Made by a program: the position numbers and the translations under genes. A DNA stretch of 61,202 bases, filler included, from Dimorphilus gyrociliatus (taxonomy: Eukaryota > Animalia > Annelida), in the NCBI GenBank assembly GCA_904063045.1. It is 3 parts of 3 records of this genome, joined end to end, with 100 filler letters (N's around TTAATTAATTAA, not from the genome) between each part and the next. Parts side by side here need not be neighbours in the genome. Positions count along the whole stretch, not along the records: positions 1 to 18,890 come from CAJFCJ010000078.1; positions 18,991 to 36,728 come from CAJFCJ010000212.1; 1 more part is not named here. One strand, 5' to 3'. The notes beneath the pieces are model-generated. The model ran no database searches and had not been told where the DNA came from. It saw only the letters and a program-made list of their open reading frames with translations. Within the stretch, counting starts at the first letter, position 1. Each line of letters begins with the position of its first letter. This document shows, piece by piece, positions 12,187 to 23,489 of this stretch.

Positions 12187-13604
12187 TTAATTTATGTGGA
12201 ATGAGAGCAAAGATGAAGAATGATCTAGCAAAAAAATGATAAATGATGAAAAAATAAAAATATTACCATTATCAATTGTAAATTCAATTGAGTAAATTCT
12301 AAAAACATGCGTAACCATTTTACAATCAAGTTCATAACCAACAGTTAAATCTTCAAAAAAGATTTTTTTTGCACAAACCTATTGATTAAAGTTGAAATTT
12401 TGAATATTTAACTATATTCTATTAAAAAATTCTCTTACAGAAGGATAATCAGTTTTCTCAAATTGATTTGCTATAACATGAATAGTGTTTTTCTTGTGAA
12501 TAATACTGTAGACATCACCCGCTTCAATAGGTATAGGCTGAGAAAGAGTTACAGTTTGCTCACTCAATGGTGCCGCATTTTCTACTTCAATTATATGAAG
12601 TAATTTGAATTTGAAAGGATACACTTGATCCGGAAGTGGCCTCCAAATTCCAATAAAACATATTCCGTTATACTTTCGGAATATTTTAAAGCTTAGCATA
12701 CGACCACTGCAAGGGAAGCTTGGATGCACAACCACATTTAAGTGATCTCCTCCACCCTCTGCTCTATTTATGATAGGTGAACCAAATGTTGTTATGTTGT
12801 TATTGCAAACATCTGATTGCTCTAATTTATAAAAAAGAACAAAACTAGTAAATTTCCTTTTTAACTAAAAAAAATAGATATGCTTACTATTATATTCTGC
12901 TGAAATATCAAAGTTTATGGCATAGTGTCTAGGATTTTGTAATGCAGGAATTTTTACAACTCGACCGGTGGGCAATTTAAGAGTTTGAATATCAAGAACA
13001 GCTCTCTAAATGTTAGAAATTCATAATATTTAAAGAGATAAAAATAGACAAAGAAATAGATATTTACATCATAAAGTACAGATACCATGGGGTCGTCTAT
13101 ATTTTCAGTCATTCTGATATTATGTTTATGATTTTTTAAAAAATCAAAACTAATTGAATAATTTGCTTTTACATAAATTTTTTCAGTAACATTCAATACA
13201 CGAATTCCTGCAGTTGCTGATGCGGGAATTACAATTTTGCTCCTGCAAACATAGGTCAATGGATTTTCCTGTAATCTCTCCCAAATTCCAATATGTAAAG
13301 GATAATTATTACCCAAACTATCAATAGTTACTGAATTTATATATCCATTGCATGGAAATTTAAATCCTACAAGCATATTAAATCCATCATTTCCCTGAAG
13401 ATTTACAGGTTTCTTATCCAATGGAGGTCCAATAGTTGTATGATTTTGGCATTTTTCTTGTTGTCCTAAATCTATTTATATTAATTGAAAAACAAGAACA
13501 AAAATCTAAGAAGAAAAAGAATATAATACATTACCAATTAATGTTAGAAATATAAAGACAGTGTATAATTTCCATATGGGCTGTTTTAAATTTAAAAACA
13601 GCAT
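12187..13604 (-). CDS. Multi-exon secreted protein with two related ~130-aa domains (F/PC.G....I....IGIW); family not recognised
   Basis: Signal exon MLFLNLKQPIWKLYTVFIFLTLIG with GT at 13534; ORF pieces 12954-13421 and 12412-12735 share the motif; short GT-AG introns; 3' end tentative. Confidence 0.55.
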
Positions 13605-14574
13605 TTCTTTGTTGGAATACTAGAAATTCTTGAGTAAATGAACAGTATAGAATATTATAATTGAGCAGCATATGAATAAATAATATGCTGAGATGGTAGT
13701 CAATGCAACATGAAGTAATAATGACATTAAGATTTTGTCCAATTATTTTTTGTATATTGTTGCTGATTTTCACAAATGATATGATTTTAGGAGAAGAAAG
13801 TTTTTACTTAGCAAAATTATAGTTTTACCGTAGCCTAGGTTAAGCGTTTGCTATGCACTTTTCGATAGCTCTAAGCCCTATATAGGACTTCTCTAACTAA
13901 AAATGAAAACTAGTTGTTTTATTTCTATTAGCCGTTTTTCATTCCAAAGTCTAGCTTTAAAACACCTCATTTTATATCTGGTTAAATGTTCATAAGTGCA
14001 TGATAAACCATGCTATAAAAAAGGACATTATTAAAATAACACTAATATCTTTCGCAAAAGGAAAGAAAAATATATTAAAACAAAGTCAGATCCAAAAGTT
14101 GTTGTTCAACTTTGGTATTTCCTTAGTAATAATGTAAAGATGGGTTGATTTGGTTCTATATTTATCTTCCCTCAATTCTACATCTCTCTTCTAAATGGCT
14201 TACTCCTAATTCGGTTTTAATCGGACCAGTACTTGCCTACAACACTGCAGCATAAAGGATATTTTGGTTTAAGTTGGGTGTTTTAGTCCTATTTTGGATA
14301 AGATCTATAGGAAGAATATGTAAAGAATATATGTTAACTAGCTTTTATATCTACCTTCAAGAATTAATAATACTTTTTTGAATTGAAATATGGATACTGT
14401 ATAGAATATTGGAATGATTTTTGATATTACTCTATGAACAATAGATTGTGTATACAATACTGTTTAATAGTGATTGAAATCTAAAACTTCAAATGAAAAC
14501 ATAACTGGAATTTAATTAAAGTAATTTTATTAAATAAATTACAATATTTGTCTACAATTTCATAGAAATTGTTC

Positions 14575-14690
14575 CCGCGCATTATATATGCGCCGCCCTA
14601 CATGAAACTAGGTCAATACTGCTGATCTCTATCAGTGCCATCTGCATAGTACAATACTGGTTCAATACTACTTATTCGTAGAATAAGCTT
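14575..14690. repeat. Dispersed repeat (inverted copy at ~55660-55775)
   Basis: CATCTGCATAGTACAATACTGGTTCAATACTACTT matches the reverse complement at ~55674-55710; similarity extends on both sides. Confidence 0.7.
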
Positions 14691-14834
14691 GTGAATTTAT
14701 GTCTACACAAGCCCGTATTGATTATCTAGATCTGACTGAATAAACTCAATAGGCCTATTATTTAATATATATATATTATATCAAATGGAATGCTATTACT
14801 TTATAATGCTTTATTTTGTTGTATATTCTCAGCA

Positions 14835-14908
14835 GCTTCCATAGCTCAGTTGGTTAGAGCGTCGTGCTAATAACGCGAATGTCCTGGGTTCGACCCCCAG
14901 TGGGAGCA
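14835..14908 (+). tRNA. tRNA-Ile (anticodon AAT)
   Basis: Cloverleaf: acceptor GCTTCCA/TGGGAGC, D-arm AGCTCAGTTGGTTAGAGC, anticodon arm TCGTG-CT-AAT-AA-CGCGA, T-loop GGTTCGA; oligo-T Pol III terminator directly after. Confidence 0.97.
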
Positions 14909-16015
14909 ATTTTTTTTTTCTTTTTTTTTTTAACAGCAAACTTATTTTTAATGAATGAATCAATCATGGCAAGGTGAACACTTAAAGAGGGATATAACTC
15001 AATTGGCAGCCAACAACAGATAATTGTATTCTCATTATGTTCCTATATATTAAATTTTTAAAATTCATTTTTTTTCACTGAAAGTAGAACTATAAATAGT
15101 TTTCGATTGAAATATTCTCTTTCTATCCAACTTGTGTAGCATTATATTTTTGATTTAGCGAAATCTTTACAACATCATCAGTTCCCAAGTCAAAATAATA
15201 AGCTCTGTAGAAAGAAGATTCTATCATTTTGAAAGTCACAAACCCTTAACCATTTAAGGGATAAGATACAGGAGGAAGTTGAAAAAATAAATAATTAGTA
15301 ACAATGTTGGAGGCTGTAAAGTAGCCATTTTTTGTAAACTGTGCAGGCTTACAGTACTAAAAATTTTCTTTGTTTGCAGTTTGAAATGATACTGTAGGCT
15401 TAATTTAAGATATTTTTTACTTCTACGCCACCTCAATGTTAAATTCTTTTGATATTTTGTATTCCATTTGGTTTTGTTGGCTAGGTAGCGTAATGGGACG
15501 TTGCTATAATTCACAAGGTTTCTCGAATTGTGACAGGTATTTTTGCACCAACCTGATAGGTCAATGTCGTTACAACCTTCTATAAAACCATTTACAGCGA
15601 AATTTTTTCTCAAAAGCGTCTCTGCAAAACACTGCAAATGTTTTATCAAGAGAAAATTTTGAAAGATGTCTAAAATTTTTATACAAATTTGTTTAATTAT
15701 TTGGGTTATAAGTTGTAGTATGTTTACTCTACAGCCACTCATAAAACCGTTAAAAAAATTAAACTCTCTGATTTTTGGAAAGTGTTTGATCTATATTCAA
15801 TTTCTTATCAACACTCTATTTTTTATAATTCAAAGATTTTTCACAATTGATAAATCAGCTGGAAAACTAAAATTTCTAGAGTAATAAGATTTTTACTTCC
15901 TGCAATTATATTCATGATATTCCAACTATTAAAAGTGACAAAAAAGTACTGAAAGGTCAAAGTTGACTATTTTTTAGCTTTTTTAACCCTGATTCTCTTA
16001 ACACATTCTTCTCTT

Positions 16016-16222
16016 GGGGCCGACAGAAAACGTCCCCAAATGAGATTTTTGAAAGCAACATTTCGGATTGAAAAATGGTTAGCAGGAGTAAAGTAGCTTT
16101 TGATTTGTAGTTAGGGGGGATCCATCTAAGGGTTAGGAGCAATCAAAAAGGTTAAGGAGAGACAAGGGCTAGGTTAGGGTTAGGGTTAAATCATGAATTT
16201 GGGGACGTTTTCTGTTGTATCC
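16016..16222 (-). mobile_element. MITE-like element, inverted copy of 4253-4458
   Basis: Same subterminal inverted repeats and interior with GGTTAGGGTTAGGGTT. Confidence 0.85.
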
Positions 16223-16384
16223 TCTTCTCTTTAACACTATTTGACAGCCTATAAAACCTGAACACTCTCAGTTGTATTCAATTTTTATATAGGGAGTTAA
16301 CCAACTAGTGTTTTATACCGGGAGGAAACTAGCTGATAAGGAATAACAAAAACAGTTCTTATCCCTATCTAGAAGCTTGAATGT

Positions 16385-16578
16385 GGTAGAAAACGGCCAT
16401 AAATCTATGGTTTTACCGTAACCCTAACCTAGCCCTTGTTTTTGCCTAAACTTTTTCAATGCCACTAACCCTTAGATAGGACCCTCCTAAGTACGTATCA
16501 ATAGCTATCCTATTCTCCTAACCATTTCCCAGCCTGAAATCTGACCTTCAAATATTTCATTTATGGCCGTTTTCGACC
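16385..16578 (+). mobile_element. Related MITE subfamily with different 20-bp inverted repeats
   Basis: GGTAGAAAACGGCCATAAAT ... ATTTATGGCCGTTTTCGACC; interior homologous to 4280-4430 (AACCCTAACCTAGCCCTTGT, TAACCCTTAGAT). Confidence 0.75.
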
Positions 16579-16856
16579 GGTCCCTAGAAGCTTTATACTT
16601 TTATACATTTTTATAAAAGTCAAGTAGAGGTAAGAAAATGTATAAAAAACAGGGTTACAAGTAGCAAAAATATTCAATTCGTAGTCAATCATCTTTATTG
16701 CTCATATTTTAGCTAATTTCTTATTTTTGGTTGTATATGCAGAAAAACTACTGTTCTTTCTCTTGTTTTTTTGCTGAGCCACATTATCTTTTTTCCAATA
16801 ATCTGCAGTGGGACAAAATTTTAAACATATTTTCGTAATTGATCAAAATGTAATCG

Positions 16857-17735
16857 TTATATACTGTACTGCTCTTGCTCATCTTTTCTGATTACCTGGG
16901 TCTTTTTGGGCTCTTTTCTTTGTTGAGTTTCCAATTTTGACACCATTGTGATCAGTTTTCTTTGAGTTAGTTTTAATGAAGTTTCTGCTTGCTTAGCAGC
17001 CTCATATAGTTCTGCCAATGTTTGACATTTAGGATGTAAGGTGTACACTAAATGTAGAATATCCTGTTGTAATCCTCTTTGTAAAACTTCCATCAGTTTT
17101 ATTTCTTTCATAGTTGCAAGCAATTGTGGTTCCATTGGTCTAGGTGGAGAAAACCTCTTTATCAATTTCTTTGCTCTATTAACAAACTGAACCACACTTT
17201 CGCCATTCATTTGCTTTAAGTTAAGCAATTTCTCTTGATACTCCAAAGGATCCAGATCAAATTCGTCATGGAGGGCTTTCCATATTTCCTCCACAGTAGG
17301 CTCTCCATCCAGAGCCAACACCAAATCCTTTGCAGGACCAGTTAAATAATCTAAAAGATTTGCTTTCACAACATCTTCACCTATCCAACCATAAGCATAA
17401 CATGCCTGATTAAAGTCTTCCTTGAATTTTGAACACTCCTTGCTTCCATCAAACAAATTGAGAATAGTTCTTTGAGGGCGGTCCCAAGCAGCCCTTAATG
17501 CTTGAATTACTGTTGTGATATCAACATTTGGGTTCTGTGCTGGGTGATGTGTTCCATCTCCATGATCTGTTGGAATTGTGATTCGATTTCTTTTCATTTC
17601 ACTCACCAATCTATCATAGTCTTCAATTAGTCTTTGTTGCCTTTCTGACATTCCTGCTGGCTGAATTGTAATTGTTGGAGTTGCTGGGGTTGAAGGGTTA
17701 GAGTCTGTAACTGCCCCATTTCCTCCCTCTGCCAT
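16857..17735 (-). CDS. Retrotransposon gag (capsid-like), 292 aa, truncated by deletion
   Basis: YLTGPAKD, W..L..EF and L.NLKQ..GESV.QFV motifs; follows the LTR and PBS. Confidence 0.85.
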   Translation of the reverse strand: MAEGGNGAVTDSNPSTPATPTITIQPAGMSERQQRLIEDYDRLVSEMKRNRITIPTDHGDGTHHPAQNPNVDITTVIQALRAAWDRPQRTILNLFDGSKECSKFKEDFNQACYAYGWIGEDVVKANLLDYLTGPAKDLVLALDGEPTVEEIWKALHDEFDLDPLEYQEKLLNLKQMNGESVVQFVNRAKKLIKRFSPPRPMEPQLLATMKEIKLMEVLQRGLQQDILHLVYTLHPKCQTLAELYEAAKQAETSLKLTQRKLITMVSKLETQQRKEPKKTQVIRKDEQEQYSI

Positions 17736-18430
17736 ATTTACTTTCTCAAAACTTTTGAATAAACCAAAATATTATCCTGTTGACTGCGCCAAATTTGTAC
17801 TGCTCTTGCTGGCAAAATCTATGCATTTGCAAGTTATAACAATACTGGTTCTACTCGAACCTTTAAACAAATGTTTCAATTAAAACGGTTTATTCGCAAT
17901 AATAATACTTAAGCAAGTAACAATATGAGAGTTTGATAGCAGAGTAGATAGTTCATAAAAGCAGGTTGCCAAATTACCAAACTGTCTTCTAATGTTGAGG
18001 AGTAGATGGATGGTTCCAGTGGAGGTTGTTTCCAGATGATTTTCCCAGGTCCTTGGGTCCAGATGGAAGCTGCATGCCAAATGAGAATAGTGAAGATTTA
18101 TATACTTTGAGGTTTGCCTCTGACATCCAATCATCACTTTACAGTTGCCGAAATGTGTAGTTCATATTTATATTTAGTAAGAGGATGTAACAAGGTTGAA
18201 CATTTAGGAAGGTTAATTGAATTATAACTTGGCCACACCCTAGGCAAGTTAATTAAATTATAACTTGGCCAAACCTTTATTGGTAATTAAAGATGAGCCT
18301 TGAAGCTGACTAATGAGACTTATGTTTGGCCAATGTTATAGCATTTTCTTGCGTAGGTTTTAAGATGTACATGTATATATTGCATCAAATAATAGAGTTC
18401 AAGCATGTAAAATATAGCAAAAGTTGTACA
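16865..18430 (-). mobile_element. Internally deleted Ty3/Gypsy-type LTR retrotransposon: 5' LTR (17796-18430), PBS, gag, last 15 bp of the 3' LTR; 4-bp TSD ATAC
   Basis: LTR TG...CA ends defined by the solo copy at 56889-57519; ATAC at 16861-16864 and 18431-18434; TGTACTGCTCTTGCT at both 16865 and 17796. Confidence 0.9.
17774..17791 (-). promoter_or_regulatory. Primer-binding site TGGCGCAGTCAACAGGAT, probably tRNA-Ser
   Basis: Starts with TGG 4 nt after the LTR end; resembles the complement of animal tRNA-Ser 3' ends; identical PBS at 47796-47813. Confidence 0.7.
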
Positions 18431-18890
18431 ATACTGGAAATCTATTTTGGGAATAGTCTAATGAAGAGGAGAAAATTAGAAGGCAATTCACTCCAAAACA
18501 CTTATTGTTAATTTCCGCTTACTTGATGAGTCATTGCTATAAATTGCAACAATTATTGTTATATATCCTTCATAGCTGATAGCCATTTTCAATCTGTTTA
18601 TTGATCAGTAGAATTTTTGTCCTATGTTAAACTATTCAAAGTGGGTATTAACATTTTTGTCACATCGGATATTTTGACAGATGGAAGCACTGAAAAAGAC
18701 AGAAATTTCTCCTCAAAATAGTCAAAAGAGATATGCAAATGTCTTCTCAAAAGAAAAAATTCGAATATCATTTAAATCTGAAGAAGAATCATCTGCTCCA
18801 ACCTGTTTAGACTATGTATTGTTTTGTACAACAACTCTTAGTGTATCTTTGAGCATCTACTCTATGATATATATTTCAACTGTAGACTAT

Positions 18891-18990
18891 NNNNNNNNNN
18901 NNNNNNNNNNNNNNNNNNNNNNNNNNNNNNNNNNTTAATTAATTAANNNNNNNNNNNNNNNNNNNNNNNNNNNNNNNNNNNNNNNNNNNN
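18891..18990. other. Assembly gap (Ns with TTAATTAATTAA linker)
   Basis: 44 N + 12-nt linker + 44 N; same pattern at 36729-36828. Confidence 0.95.
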
Positions 18991-19330
18991 AAAATCTTCT
19001 AATACTTTGAGACAGCTTCACTTGGTTTCATGTTATTTGAATGAAGAACAAAGTAAAAGTTTGGGATATTTCTTAAAGAAGTGTTCAAATATTGAGAAAT
19101 TATAATTGAGTAAAAATATTAAAATGAGAAGTGTATTATTTACTATTTTTGAAGATCTTCAAAAATCTTCAAAGATAATGAAATATCTTCTTTTGGTGTC
19201 TTGTAATTTGAATGTAGATGAAGAAAACAAGATCAGATATCTTTTTAGAAATTTTTTAACAATGATAAAGATGAATTTTTAAAAGGTGTAAAATTTTAGT
19301 TTGTCTTTTTTTCACATTAGATGATATTGT
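18991..19330 (+). pseudogene. Degenerate ribonuclease-inhibitor-type LRR fragment (NLR-like)
   Basis: Translates as KSSNTLRQLHLVSCYLNEEQSK..LGYFLKKCSNIEKL*LSKN..MKYLLLVSCNLN with stops and frameshifts. Confidence 0.55.
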
Positions 19331-20089
19331 TTGCAACTTTCAAATGGTAATTTTTCATGTCTGTTTGTCTTTTTTAATAAGCATTAAGAAATGAAAAAAT
19401 TATTGCTAATAACATCCTAAAGATTAAATTAATGTGAGGAAAATTTTGGTATTCATTATTGTTTAGCTTTTTGTGCTTTTAGGTATAATAAAATACCAAT
19501 ATTTTTACATCAATATCTCCCTACAATGATTGTTGGAAAAGTTTTTGCTCTTTTTCCAAATTTTGCAGTTCAAAAATCATCAAATACATTGAAAAAGCTT
19601 CATGGAAAGTTTTCACAAAAGTCTCAGACTTTGTATCAGATATAAATGTTGTAATAGAGTTGGGTACGTTCGCAGCAGGGTACATTCACACCCTATTTTT
19701 ATACATGTTTTTTCTGAATTTTTGGTTTCCATAATTTATTTTTGATCCAGTTTGTTTGGAAGTATTGCAACAGGTCCAAAAATTTATTTTTTTCACAAAG
19801 TTCTACATTTATACTGTCAAATGTTTGTTGAATAATATGTGCTGGCAAGAATGACAGAGCCATCAATTTTCTGAAATCTTTCCAATCATTTGCTTTTTCT
19901 TTGTATTTCTTTACATAGCCAAGAGCCTATTCAATAATATAAGTTATTCAATAGATAATGTTATATATATTTGAATGTAACTGACTTGTATTTTCCTATA
20001 CACTGCTTGTGTGAAATGAAATACACAACCTTGAAATTCAGTGAGGGGATATACTTTTGATAATGCTTTCCATAGTCCTATTTCAAAAT

Positions 20090-20828
20090 TGTACTTTGTT
20101 GTATTGTAATTGTAGGAATTTCTGCTTCTTCAGAACAGTATTCATCATTTCCAATCATTTATCAATTTACCAAAGTACTGGTCCAATTAGAACCTTTCAA
20201 GTTCATCAACAAATAGTCTTAACAAATGTAATTTCAGTAGAAATAATTCAACAAAATACCAGTATTTCATCCAAAGAATATGTATTGAGTAAATGAGTTT
20301 CTAGTTCTTAACAAGTAAGTTTAAACAACCAGTTAACAGTTAAAGAACTGAACTGACAAGCTGCGAAAATGCTATTTCCTTTTATACATTTTCCAAAGCT
20401 TGGGTTCAAGTGGTCAAAGGATTACAAAGTTGAAATCTGACAGTCTCATAATTCTCATGTAACAAAAATATGAAAGACTGTTATATCACACATATAAAAT
20501 ATAATCCTAAGATTAGGGCCACATGCCAAACATGTGCCACAGCAAACAGGCCTGTCTCATCAGCATCTGGTGTTTGACCTGCATCTTTTCCATGTTCTTT
20601 GTTCCTTTGTTAATTCCCCAAGTAGCCACCATCTGTTACAGTCAAAGAGTCTATTTCTTACGAAATAGAGTTCTTTCTAAAGTACTAAAAGCTAACTCTA
20701 CGAAATAAAAGTCTTTCTAAAGTTCCACCACTATAATTCCTATGAAATATAAGTATTTCTATAGTTGCACCAGTCTAATTCCTATAAAATAGAAGTCTTT
20801 CTAATGTACCCTTATATCTAAGTGCACA
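20090..20828 (-). mobile_element. 3' LTR (family 3) of the env-bearing retroelement
   Basis: Follows polypurine tract AAAAGGGTGGGA (20844-20833); begins TGTGCA, ends AAAGTACA; 3' half matches 1-347 and 56222-56570. Confidence 0.75.
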
Positions 20829-20842
20829 GATATCCCACCCTT

Positions 20843-23489
20843 TTAAGACCTTGCGTCCACGAAAGGTCTGGGACTTGTTACAATGACTCTATTACCTTCC
20901 TTTGAAAATGTTGGATAGTTTTGAAGAGGTATTGCTTCTTGATCGATTTCCATAGTTGAGTATGTTGGGATCTGTAGTTCCTCTTGTGTATCTGGAGCTG
21001 TGGGTTGAGCTTTCCTTCTTTCTAAGTATTTCCAAAGTGTTTTCCTAGTAAGTTTGTTACATCTTCTTTTATATGCTAGCCATAATATAAATGAGGTTCC
21101 AATAATAATTATTGTTGGAAATGCAATGTTAATCAACATTTTAGTTGTAGTTTTTAGCCATGATGAAAATAAATGTTGATGTGTTGACATACTTGAGTCA
21201 ATTCCTAATTCGTTAGCAAAGTTGATATGCTTGTTATGCCTTGTTAAAGTATCTTGTATATAGTCAAGAACTTGTTGGAACTGTTGGTGTTTTTTGCCAA
21301 CATCATCTTTTATACCCAATTGTAGTAGCTGAGTGAGCCTTGCAACTTCCAGTTTTGGTTCTTCAATTTCATTGCTGATTTTCATTCTTATTGACCTTGC
21401 AGCAGCTGTTTGGAATTTACAACCATTCTTTGTATAATAGATAAAAGTTTTCCTTCCAGAGGATGCTCCTTTCTGATTTCTTTCAGCATCCAGAGGGTTC
21501 TTTTTTATTTTAAAAAGATATTGTGTTTGGTCACATTCCCCATATCAAATATCTTCTTTTGTTATGTGGTAGGCATGGTGTAGTATTGGATCAATTGAAA
21601 ATAGAAGATCTTTATACTTGATGAGGAACTGTTTTGAACATAATCCATTTTTTGTTATGATTCCAACATCACAAATTACTTGAACTGATTTGAGTTCTGT
21701 GTTTGTGTTGAAGTGTTGTTAGATTGCCCAGCCAGGTGCTGTGAGTTCCTTGTGTTGGATCCAATATTGTTGGAAGTTGGGGTGCCAAAGGTGTAAGCAA
21801 TGCCACCATCTTATTTCTCATAATAAACTCTTTGTATAAAAGTTGAGAAACTTGTTTAAATACAGTTTGTAAATTTTGGAAGTTCTTATCAATATTACTG
21901 AGTAAGGCAGATGTTCTAACTGCATTTTCAATGTCCAATGTGTGAAATTCTGGTTTGTTTTTCATCATGCTTTCCTCCATTCTCCAATTAGCAATATTTG
22001 GGCTTTGTTGTAATAGTGTAAATTTTCCATTTGCTTGCATTGTTTGAAATTGGTTCCCTGTTGGACTTTCATACCAAATATTTAATTTTTGTAATGGGTT
22101 GAAAGTGATTTCTTTGTGTTTCAATCTGAAATCTTGTAGTCTGATTCTTGGAGTGGGTTTCAATTTGGAATTTTCCAGCATTGTCAGAATGTAATTGTTA
22201 TCTATATCCCAAATATCAGGTGAAATAATGTCTTCCAAAATAAGTGTTTTTACTAATGTTGTTAATTGGGTTTTTAGTAACATGTGATAATTTCTATCAA
22301 CTTCTCTATACCAATCATTATAAGTTACAATATTTTGTTTATCTGTTTCATTAGCATTTCTCAAAAATGATTTCTTTTTTCCTTCAAACTTTTCCAGTCT
22401 TGTAGCTTCAATATTTGAAATAACTTGATATTTCCTTTTTGCTAACATTATCTTATTTACATAGTTTGAATCTTTAAGATCAGTTCTTAATAAATCAAAT
22501 GTTTTATGTGGAACTAATACTCTTGTTCCTGGTCCACCAAATCCTTTTATGTATCTGTCTTGATATGGTAGGTCCATTATTGCATAATTTGAACATGAAA
22601 AGCATCATCCTAGTTTAACACATTCTATGTTTTTTGCCACAACTTTCCAAGTGTAGGTATGGCCAAGGAGGTGTTGCCCTTTTGTTGGATTAAATATGAT
22701 AATTGAATCCAGTGTTCTACAGAATCTATCCTTTATAGAACAGTCTTCCATATATTCCAGATTTGTAGTTATTTTGTCTTGGCTAGGTTGCCAATAAGCT
22801 TTACCAATTTGTAATATTGTTGTGAATTCTTCAATAACTGTTGTTCTTGGCCATTTGAAATATGTTCCTCTGTTTTCATCAAACATCAGAAGTTTTCCTT
22901 TCTGAATAAGTTTTTGTCCATTTAGAGTTTTCTTAGAATTAAGCATTTTTCTACATTGCTTTTCAGTCAAGGTAAGTGTTTGTTTTTCATTTCTGTGCTT
23001 CTTAGCTCCAAAGAAATAATATGTATAAAAGTTGATTCTTCTTTTCACCATACACTTAACTGCTTGAATTGCCAGTTTTTCAGCTTTTATTTCATAAATA
23101 TTTGCCATTATTTTGGTCATTTCTTTAGTTTCAAAGGTTCATACTGGTTCATCAGCCAAATCATAAGACTGATGTACTTGTTGTCCCTGACAAAATTGTA
23201 CTGGTGGCAGCATTCTTACAGTGATGTTTGCTTTGGTGAATGATGTGTCACCATATGCCAAACTTAAGCAACATAAAGCTAGTAAAGTGAAAGCTATTGA
23301 CCCTCTGATAGGTAATGTTCCACCATTTCTTTTTGTCTTTTCTAAACAAACTGTGTTAATTCGTATTGGTTGTCTATTTGCTAGTCTAAGTCTGCTAGCA
23401 TGATAGAACTTTCTTTTATCTGCCAATATTTCCAATTCATACAAGTATTTTGAAGTATCAGTAGAAGTTACAAGATATGGTCCACTCCA
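20843..23489 (-). pseudogene. Integrase C-terminus (GPY) continuing into an env-like type I membrane glycoprotein, with in-frame stops and one frameshift (~21700)
   Basis: WSGPYLV...YHASRL, then signal-like IAFTLLALCCLSLAYG, Cys-rich ectodomain (YFFG, QCRKM, CSIKDRFC), C-terminal TM FPTIIIIGTSFILWLAY plus basic tail; ORFs 23139-23444, 22605-23120 and 21669-22577 share one frame. Confidence 0.75.

Noticed and set aside
15254-15742. 162-aa ORF with weak BTB/BACK-like pattern
   Set aside because: No convincing motif or exon structure by eye
17880-18137. Short ORF conserved at 57181-57435
   Set aside because: Lies inside two copies of the same LTR; conservation reflects recent duplication
18935-18946. 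TTAATTAATTAA palindrome inside N runs (also 36773-36784)
   Set aside because: Identical 44N-12-44N layout twice; a scaffolding linker, not biology
20540-20575. Possible hammerhead ribozyme (CTGATGAG plus ACAGGCCTGT stem, minus strand); also CTGA...GAAA at ~4134-4155
   Set aside because: No GAAA core after stem II in the first; no CTGANGA in the second; no hammerhead found near the PLE either
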